Positions 54,701 through 64,000 of a stretch of 64,000 nt of DNA are shown here, in pieces (position 1 is the stretch's first letter; every line of letters begins with the position of its first letter). This DNA is from Chrysomallon squamiferum (taxonomy: Eukaryota > Animalia > Mollusca). The stretch is taken from NCBI GenBank assembly GCA_012295275.1, contig CM022673.1, positions 11,594,001 through 11,658,000 of the forward strand, given 5' to 3'. A program made the position numbers and the translations under genes. The notes beneath the pieces were generated by a model that saw nothing but the letters and a program-made list of their open reading frames with translations, searched no databases and was not told the origin of the DNA.

Positions 54701-56734
54701 AACCATCATGTCCAATAATCAACTTCTCTATAGTGTTTCCAACATCTTCCATCTGGTAATCAAAATACATCATTCATTACTAATAAATTATTATTACTAT
54801 CTTTGACATTATTACACTCAGCACGCAGTTATTCCATTTGTGTTGCCAAAACCTTTAATGCACCTGGATTTATATTGATTACTGACATATACTTTTAATA
54901 CCTAAATCAAAAAAAAAAAAAATAAATAAATAAATAAATAAATAAATTTAGTTTAAAATTAATGATCATACTGAAAAAAACCCAATGATAAACAAAGGTA
55001 TAAGCATCACCTCAATGACAAACTTGTCAACCGATCCACGGCTGAACCTGTCTTTTCTTTCTTTCTTGTTTGGACACAAAGACTTTCGGTCTGTGCAGAC
55101 ATCTTTGCCGTAGAGAGCCACAAAAACATCGGCATCAGTGCCAGCACTGCTGATGTCACTGGTGTATGTTGTTATTTCGTAGGGAATACCTAGCAACAGC
55201 AACAACAAATACAAGAACGTTTGTTTAACGGCATTAAATGAATTATTAAATGAGCAGATATTTAGGTAGTGAATGCATATATTAATGCATGTTGCCTATG
55301 TCAGAAAAGAATATAAAAAGGTTTTTGTTATGTGACTGGAGTGGATAATAATGTAGCCAGGAGGACTGAACATGTAATGTACAACCTGTCAAATCATTTC
55401 TCCATCAGAAATCAAGTGTGTTTTGGGCTATATTAAATTTATGATAAGTCACCAATGAAAATAATCTTTTTTTTTTTTAAATCTCAAGTTAATTTCCTTT
55501 CTAGCTAAGATGTTCTTATCTGAAATAATCCCAACTGATTATGTTTGGCAACATGCTTAAAACCAAATCTGAATGATACTTTTGTTTTTAAAAATAATTT
55601 TTTGACTGCAGAACTTATTCTGAAGGAAATACAAGTATTCAATGTTATTGATATTGTTTTTGCAGATCTGAAATTTAACTAAACCACAAAACAGATATGT
55701 GCAGATGACTCACAAGGGTTGTAATCTTCAGTTGCCAGTTCCTGTGGGTACAGTTCTCTTTCCAGCAAACCGTCATCCTCTTTCAGACTGAGCCACCTTC
55801 CACACGGAAACGTCCACGTTTTACCCAGAGATGGGGCATCGATGACAACCTTGTCCAGCTGCCACGCTGCACCTCCACCAGCATTGTCGTGACCAATCCT
55901 GAGTTTAAAAAATTAAAAAATTATCTCCACTATTCAGATTTAACAAATGATGACATACAGTTAATAGCTGTGAGAACATTTTGTATCTGTATTAAATAAA
56001 CAGAATTTTGACCAGTGTTTAGTTAAGTGATTAGTTTTAAAAGTGGGACTTGCTGGGATAAACATCTGACACATGAAATGTAATTTCACATTCTCTCCAC
56101 TCTAACCAATGTTCTAACAGACTAACACTTTCTTGGGTAATCTCCTTCCTTCTATAATTTACACTTAAGTATTCTATATTCTTATACTTTGATTGCTTAT
56201 TAATAACATTCTAATTTACTAATTAACTCACTGCCTGACTGAACTTTTTTTTATTTTTCATAATGAAGCACTGAAATGTTAATTATTTGTTTATTTCTAA
56301 AAACACCTTGTGCATCATCAAATATGTCTCAATACTGATAATATATTATTACGTATATAAATATAACAAAATCTTACTTAACTTTTTTCAAGTTACCAAA
56401 ATGACCTACCAGAACTGATAATAGATTATTACATATATAAGGAGAAAATCTTACTTAATTTTCTTCAAGTCACCAATGTCAGCAACTTCTACTTCAAACT
56501 TGTCAGTGTGTCCTCTCTGGAACTTGTTCTTGTTTGTCAGTGATGTCTTGAGGTATATTTTGTCTGAGAGAAATGAAATACATGAATAAAAAATGTTTAA
56601 TGAATAGTTTTTGTGTAGGCATAAAGAATTACTGAAAGAAAAGAAATGAAAAGAAAATCAGATGAAAACTAAAATATAAATTTAAATATTTTTCTAAACT
56701 TCATCATTTTAACTGTTTTATAATTTTGGTATGC

Positions 56735-56765
<31 letters not shown>

Positions 56766-56796
56766 GTTATGCTGAATGTGAAACAATATGCATATG

Positions 56797-56840
<44 letters not shown>

Positions 56841-57283
56841 CATATATATATACATACATACATATATAGATATAAATTAGTTATTTCATATTCCATGTTA
56901 TTATTTTTTTAAAAATACAATATTTATGCATACTTTTATAAATAAACAGAAAATTTGTTTACTGTTTGACAACAACTGTATAAACTGTACTTACTAGAAT
57001 TGTTCTTTTCTCCACACAGGTCAATGTAAACATTAGCATCCGTGCCAGCTCCAAAGTCTTTACCCGTTGTCACCATTATGTGGTATGTTGTCATTGCAGC
57101 TGTAATGCAGAGCATATTGAAATCAACTGATCAACATACTGAAACTGTGTTAGTGCTATTATTTTACTAGAAAATGTAAAAAAAATTGCAAACATTTCTT
57201 GAAATAACTGCTGAAATAACAATAGGTATTTGATCGTGGATAGATTGTTTTTGTATATTATGCAACATAACAGTGTATATGTT

Positions 57284-57323
<40 letters not shown>

Positions 57324-58144
57324 TTTAAATATAGATATAGATTTAGATATTGATACAAACAGACATATATAAATGTATGTGTGTATTTGCATTAACAAAC
57401 ATCCATATTATGAGTATATTAATGTGTGGATGTAGTTGTTGAAATTTGTTGATATTACTAATAAATCATTATTACATACAGAGGCAATTTCTAATTAAAC
57501 CTAAAATTTTCCTTTCCTTTCCTTAAACCCATTCTCCCAATTTACAAATTTGTGTGGCTGCTGCATAGGCCAACCAGTCAGATGTCGCACAATGTAATTT
57601 TGAGTTACAGCCTCTTAATGCAGAGAAATGTTTTGTGAAAAGACCTAATTCTCTGATACAAAATCTGTAATTATTCTGAAAGTTTTAATCCGATTTGGAT
57701 AATTCAAAAAGCATTTTGATCTGTAGAAATATTGTTTATCTTATTCCACAAGTTTTGATCATTTTCACCATGTGGACTGGTTATTGTATGCTGTCACATA
57801 TTTGTCTGTATGAAGTACTCTTTTTAAACATCCAACCTTTTATTTCTAGAGCAATTTCATCTCTGACTGCCGTGGAGTCCTTTCCGCTGAGTTTTTTCTT
57901 TAACAGCGGGTCCACGGGCACAAGATCTCTTGCAATCTGACCATCTTCCTTAGAGACTGCCAGCCACCTCTGACATGGGAAGAAATAACTAAATAAAACA
58001 GAAAAATATATGAGAAAAATAAATAAGATTTATTCTTGATTCTCCTTCTTTTTTCATTAAATTTTTTTTTTTCATTATTATTATTACAGCTGTAAATGTT
58101 TTTGTAAAAAATGCTTTGGGATGTTATTATTTTTTTTGTGGGCT

Positions 58145-58183
<39 letters not shown>

Positions 58184-61100
58184 ATGTGAGTGAATACGTT
58201 ATATGTATGTGTGTGTGTATTTATCATAAATAATTTAAAGTAAAAAGATTAAGTTTTAGTCACTTAACATACTATTAGCATTTTTTAAAAATGAAGATTA
58301 ATTAATTTGTGTTTACTTTTTCTTTCGCCTTTTATCTGTGACCTCTATCCTGTCCAGAAACCAATCAGCACCTCCAAGTTTGTTGTCATGGCGAATTCTT
58401 AACTTTGTCAATGTACCCAGATCAACAGCTTTTACTGTGAAGATGTCTTCCTGAAATTACATAAATCAGTTTTTAATAATGTACACGTTAAACCGTTTAC
58501 ATATATATACACTGAAACAGGTGTTGAAGACATTTTCCTAAAAGAATATAAAGCAGCACAAAATAATATATAAATGTGTTCTATTCTTAACATCGTTAAT
58601 ATACAAAACTATGTAAGGGAGATAATCCTGCCTCCATCTGAAAGAGAATGGATAAATGAAAATTTGTTCAACAAAATTACAACGTGTTGTTCAACGTGTA
58701 TTTTGTTAACTCTATGAGGCTAAAAGCTATTTTGATTAATTAGCAATAAGGGATCTTTAATATGCACCTTCCTATTGGCTGGAGAACATGTACTGTGCAT
58801 TGTGTTATACTCTTAATGGCAAGATTAATCAAAAATAAAAGTCTGTTATAAAAATCAATCAGTATTGGCTGTCATTAAAACCATCTCAACCAAAAATAAA
58901 CATAACAAACATAAACACAAATATCAACACAGTAATAATAATAATAATAATAACAATAATGATAACAAACAAATAAAGAAATAAAGAAATAGTTAAATAA
59001 ATAGTTAAATAAATAAATAAATAAATAAACAAATGACAGTAACTAACCTGATTCTTTTCAAACTTGTTGAAGTGATTTGACTTGTCGAGATGTCTTTCAC
59101 CAGAGTCACTTTTCTCCCCATGCAAAGTCAGAAACACATTGGCATCCGTGCCTCCCCAGCTCACATCACCCGTGTACACTTTGACTTCATACTCCACCTC
59201 TGTGAAAAAAACACGTAACTGTCGTAACACACAGCCTAATTCACGTCAAATGTTTTACGAAATGTTAGATGTGTTTATATTCAAACAAATGTGTTTGTTT
59301 TATCATTATTACTTTATTACGATAAAGTGTGGAAAAAGATTATCAATAAATGTTTGTATTTAGACATTGTACACACATTTTGCTTTCTAAACACTGTTAA
59401 TGGTGAAAAATCTAAATTAATTTACTTTTTACAAATTTAGGCTGATGTGATGACTAACACATCCATATTTGTTCATACACACACAACACACACGCGCAAT
59501 GCATATAGTTGTTTTAACTTTGATATTTATATGATGTACGAATAATCAATCGCAGTGAAATTTAATTTATAAAGTGAATTCCATGCAGCCATATTCATAC
59601 TGGTTGTGTGATCTGCTATATTTCCATGCCACTTTGTCGTACTGTACATGCAGTGTAACCAATTATTCTATTGCATCAGCAGTATCAATTTATCATTTAT
59701 TTGTTTATACAGGTAATACTAAAATAACACCAACTGATGACAGATCCCAGATTTATGAAAAATATTGGGTGACATGATTTGTAATAGATATAGCTTAAAA
59801 AAATCTTCTTTTTTTTTCTCTGATTAATCTTTAACAACATTAAACAAAATAAAAAAATTACAAATGGAGTATACAGCTTACTGAGGTTATTTTTTATACA
59901 ACAAGAAAAGCACATTCATCTAGGTTAGCTAAAATTTCATAAATATATTGCTGCGTACACACTTGTACTAGCATTCATGATGCAAATATCAACAGCAACA
60001 ACATATTTTAGCATGTTGACCTAATATCTAGCATATAAATGGATAATCACACATATACACACACATACAAATACAAAATTAAATAATCACATGCTCACAC
60101 ACATCTTTGGAAACATCTGTACCAGATACACACAGATATATATAGCAACAATATAAAACAATTATTTCAAAATTAAAAAATCCAGTGATTAATTTTTGTG
60201 TTGTACATACATGGGCACATGCATATGTATTTTTGGATAATTCACTAGCATGCCTATTGTATGGAAAAGAGGCAAAACAAACATAAAAATGTGAAGATGA
60301 AATTATTGTTTCAACTTGAAGTGTATCCATCTATCTCTTCACCATTATTGGTCATCTAACTGTAAACAATCTGAACAATGATATCCAATCTTTGTACAGG
60401 ATTGACGAAAATATGACACAAAACATCTGAGATTCAGTCTTAACAGAATTTATTGTGACTGCAGTCATTAAATGTTTGTAGCAGTTTGAAGTGTATCATA
60501 TGAATTAACAGAATAAATACTGTAATTATTCATGTATAATAATTATATACATCCTAAATTATGGAAAACATAAATATCTTGAAATATTTGGATGTTGTGT
60601 ATAATATGAACTCCTAATTTTTTGAAACAAAAATCTCTATGAAAGAAGTGTGAACTATAAATTAATAAATGTGATATATTAATAAGCTTCCTTGTAATTC
60701 ATTTGTTTTTATGAGCAATATTAGACAAAAAATAGTATTGTAAAAAATATTTGAGCACTGTAGGTTTTGAACTTCATGTATAAATCTCACTTTGATGGAA
60801 GTCACAATGATGGAACTACAAGTGAATTTGAAAATGTGTTCTGATGTGTCTAAGTGAATAAGAAACTAAAGAGGATGTGACTAAATTCAAAATTTACAGT
60901 AAGAAAATAATATTTTATTTTCCTCATTTCAGTTATAAATGAAAAATAAATATTATGTTTGTTTTGCCTTAAATTAATCAGTGTTTATCATACTTACTGT
61001 TCTTATCACCTATCATGAAAGGAATTCAAAAATATTTTTAAAATTGCAAGTCATTATCTTTCACATAAATAAATGGAGTACATAAATAAAATAAATGTGT

Positions 61101-63900
61101 CTAGTACTAGCATATTAAATACTTAAAAATAAATAAAGAAAAGAATGTGCAAAAAAAACCCCAAAAAAAAAAAGGAATAAACAGATTTATACTTTAACTA
61201 AATAATAATAAATAAATCAGTGAATAGATAAATGAAAGAAAAAAAAAAGGAATAAAGAATAATCATATCTAAATATAAAAAATCAACAATTATGGAATGA
61301 AAAAAGAGAAAAAGATTTACTAATAAAATAAATTACTAATAAATTACTAATATTAACACTAATACTAACACTATTATTTATGATATTATTAATAATACTG
61401 AGCATTTTGTAAAATCAGAAACAAGAATAGCTCTTAAAAAGAAAAATAACCAACAAAAAACCAAAACTGTAATGTAAAATAAAATAAAAGTTTACCTTCT
61501 AAGGATCCATCCAAAGGTCGTCCATTTTTATCAGTGGGTACAAATTCTCTGACTATTGCTTTATCATCTTCACCTTTGGAAAACCACCTTTGAAAAAAAA
61601 ATTAAATTAAAAAAGAAATTACAAATTTATTAAAAAATATGAAAAAATAAATAAAAATCAAATCAAGATTGGTAACATGTATTTAATACCTCATCTGTTT
61701 TTACAGAAGATAAGAAAAAGGGAAAAAGCAACTTATATAAATCTCTACAGCAGCTGTCATACTTTTTTATTAGGAAAGGTTGGTTACCTATTTACAAAAA
61801 ACCAGTAGTCTTCTGTGTTTGTTCCACCATATACTTCATCATCTGTTTCTTCTTCACTTGCCTTTCGCTGTTTCTTCTTTCTACGAGATGCACGTGGACT
61901 AGTGTCAGAGTCATCATCATCTATGTCAGAACGGTATGACGACAGTATAGACTGACGTCGCTGTTCTGCTGACAGACTTCGTTTGCCTCGCCTTCTTGCA
62001 CCTGTGAGAGGCTTTCTCTGGATTAGAATCTGAAATAAAAAGTGATTACTGTTATGAAGTTTATTAAATATTTTCTTTTTCTGTTTGTATGTATAGTAGG
62101 GAACACCCGGTTACAGTTTTACAAACATCAGCTTTAGCCTGAGAAGGTGAGAATGTCTTGATGCAGCAAAGCTGTACTGAGATACACAGAACCACCTGAT
62201 CTGAAAATGTATCTAGTCATCACATATTACCCTGAATACAGTTACTGCAGGATATAACATATGGATTATGACCTGTTTTAGAAACAGATTTATTGAGAAT
62301 GTTAACCTTTTTCTGAATTAGCATCTGTAATTTAAGATAACTAAGTAAGATGATAGTAAAGAGAAAAATCTACCAATTCTCTTGATCCCTAAATGGACTT
62401 TCTTGTATAAAAGTAAGATAAAAAAAAAAAAAAAAAAAAAAAAAATAAAATAACATTTTTACCTTTTCTAGAAACCACCCAGACATCTTGCCTGTTCCAT
62501 CATGTCCAACTCTCAGTTTCTTCAACTGACCAATGTCCAGTGCCTCCACCTAAATTATTGTGAACAAAATTTGTAATTTATTTTATTGAAGTCCAAAAGC
62601 AGATTTGTAAATTTATAAAATTGAAAAATTAAAATTATAACTTTAAATTTCAGAAGAATAAAGTTCTTTTACAAGTTTAATAAGATTTTTAGAATGGTCC
62701 AAAGTAATTTTAAAATTTATTAAATATTCTAGTGATATTAATGTTGTTTTAAAAATATAAAAGATATTCTAGCACTATCAAAGTGACTTTATAAGAATAT
62801 ATAGAAATTCAGAAACTGTAATTGCTGTTTTAAAAGTACAAGTAAAAATTATGTAAATACTGAAGTCTAGACAGAAATTCTGAAAGTGTAGAAGTAGTCT
62901 AAAAAGCATAAATATAAATTCTAGAAACAAAGATTTACAAATGTAAATAGTAGTTCTGTTAAACTATAAACTGTGGAAGGCTCAAAATGTTTTTTGTATA
63001 CCTTAAACTTATCCACTTTGCCCTGCTCAAAGTTGTCAGTTTTGTTTCGAAGGAGCAGTTCTTCTGTTTTCTTGTTGTTTTCTCCATACATCTGAATGAA
63101 GACATTGGCGTCTGTTCCTGCCAATGCCTTGTCTCCTGTCCAGACAGTGATTTCATAGGGAATCACTGAAACAGAGTTTACTTAATGTTTACACATCTAG
63201 GAAAGTGGTATTTAAAAACAAGACACACACACGTACAACACATATGTACCACACAGAGGCAAAACCCATGTGTAATCAAAGAAACAAATGAGTATATATA
63301 TACAAAACAGCTATTACCACCAGTGATTCATAAACAAGACAAGTTCATAGAAAAAGTTTAAATCAAATATTATTGAAAATATTTTAATTAAAAGAGTTCC
63401 AAAACTTCAATAAGAAAAAAAAAAATTGTGCTGACCCATTAAAATAGTACTATTAATTATAATACACAAACTAAATAAATTAATTAAAAAAAAAAAAAAT
63501 TAGATTCAAGGATTTATTCTAATATTATAATTATTTTTGAACATTCATGTGTGATAACACTGAATTACAAAAACATAAAATTGATTACGTTTTGAAACTT
63601 TTACGGATCTGATCACATTGTTATTTCACCTTTCCAAATACACTCAACACATGATGATATAAAAATCCGCAAAAAATTTACACCATAAATTAAAAATTAT
63701 CTCTGACCTTTCTCTCTTTGCTCTTTAATTGATGGTTCCAGTTCTATCTCTATTTGTTTATCATCCATGTTGATGGCGAGCCAGCGGTGTGCAGCGAATT
63801 GATAATGCAGTCCACGAGATGGAATATCTATCTGAACACTGTCCAGAAACCAACCAGCTCCAGGCCGACTGCCATCGTGTCCAATTCTGATCTTCTTAAT
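41661..63900 (-). CDS. LOXHD1: Lipoxygenase homology (PLAT) domain-containing protein 1, 3' part (29 exons, 1523 aa; 5' end lies beyond the window)
   Basis: Exons in transcript order (minus strand): 63708..63900, 63002..63165, 62463..62549, 61788..62029, 61496..61587, 59048..59199, 58317..58450, 57837..57988, 56995..57099, 56455..56563, 55714..55898, 55011..55189, 54636..54752, 51954..52116, 51369..51523, 50653..50859, 50025..50181, 49203..49408, 48501..48690, 47950..48110, 47633..47719, 46967..47105, 45373..45603, 45021..45200, 44492..44630, 43938..44105, 43483..43595, 42564..42752, 41661..41836. Phases are consistent; total 4572 nt. Repeated PLAT motifs YxVxVx[31 protein letters not shown]; ends MYELFPEST*. 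Confidence 0.93.
41885..42050 (-). mobile_element. Decayed SINE fragment (same family as 5391..5610)
   Basis: Reverse complement contains GTGCAAAAGTGGTATCTTGCTGCTAATCC...GGGTTTCCTCTCT...GGTCCTTAACCATA, sharing the CTTGCTG(C/T)TA(A/T)T...GGGTTTC core. Confidence 0.5.
46121..46948. repeat. ~830-bp compound (ACC/ACT)n trinucleotide repeat, intronic in LOXHD1
   Basis: Continuous accaccact-type triplets; the source of the poly-Gly and poly-Val ORFs in the track. Confidence 0.95.
50866..51240. repeat. (AAT/GAT)n low-complexity intronic tract
   Basis: Directly visible; gives the poly-Tyr N-terminus of the 50536..51045 ORF. Confidence 0.9.
52880..52972. repeat. ~45-bp tandem duplication
   Basis: ccattttgttttttag(g/c)tgttttttatactgg(c/t)aactctcccatc occurs twice. 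Confidence 0.75.
53304..53622. repeat. Diverged ~190-bp direct duplication in a LOXHD1 intron
   Basis: tataaag(g/a)aaaaacagaag...ggtttattaattta(c/t)gagaga...cagatttt...ttggcaacatttatag(c/t)tggg starts at ~53304 and ~53493. Confidence 0.7.
53996..54285. repeat. (AAAAT)n pentanucleotide repeat
   Basis: Directly visible; a similar (TTTTA)n tract lies at ~1300..1452. Confidence 0.95.
56334..56480. repeat. Two-copy tandem duplication spanning a LOXHD1 exon 3' end and its donor
   Basis: actgataata(t/g)attattac(g/a)tatataa...aaaatcttacttaa(c/t)tt(t/c)ttcaagt(t/c)accaa occurs twice; the donor GT positions are 56454 and 56377. Confidence 0.75.
58735..58812 (-). mobile_element. Decayed SINE fragment (same family)
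   Basis: Reverse complement GGTGCATATTAAAGATCCCTTATTGCTAATT matches the core seen at ~5550 and ~41960. Confidence 0.45.
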
Positions 63901-63926
63901 CTGAAGTGTTTCCAAAAAAACATGAC

Positions 63927-64000
63927 ATAGAGTTATTTCCCTCCACAGCAATTTGAAGAGTTTCAAATGATAGAGTTATTTCCCTCTACAGCTATTTGAA
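63927..64000. repeat. ~43-bp tandem repeat running off the window end
   Basis: atagagttatttccctc(c/t)acagc(a/t)atttgaa occurs twice. Confidence 0.7.

Overview
AT-rich, intron- and microsatellite-rich animal genomic DNA. An invertebrate, probably a mollusc, is my inference from the repeat style. Three spliced protein-coding genes could be rebuilt by hand with GT-AG junctions and consistent phases. (1) + strand 3002..21816, 7 exons, ~970 aa: a PARP7/11/12-like mono-ADP-ribosyltransferase (H-Y-I triad). It has an unusual N-terminus with clustered SUMO-interacting motifs, a PLDLS motif and an RNF216-like RING1 finger, plus a ~200-aa insertion inside the catalytic domain. (2) - strand 34643..26147, 12 exons, 411 aa: cytosolic NADP-isocitrate dehydrogenase IDH1. 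(3) - strand >63900..41661: the last 29 exons (1523 aa, 10 complete PLAT repeats plus one partial) of LOXHD1. The most striking signal is that the IDH1 stop is a TGA-C followed in frame by LDQSLASSKL-TAG, i.e. a hidden peroxisomal PTS1 (SKL) reachable only by stop-codon readthrough. Also present: tandem copies of an exon end plus its splice donor in both IDH1 and LOXHD1, a TA-flanked Tc1/mariner-type MITE, decayed tRNA-SINE copies, minisatellites, and candidate alternative 5' exons of the PARP gene. All coordinates were read manually and no database search was run.
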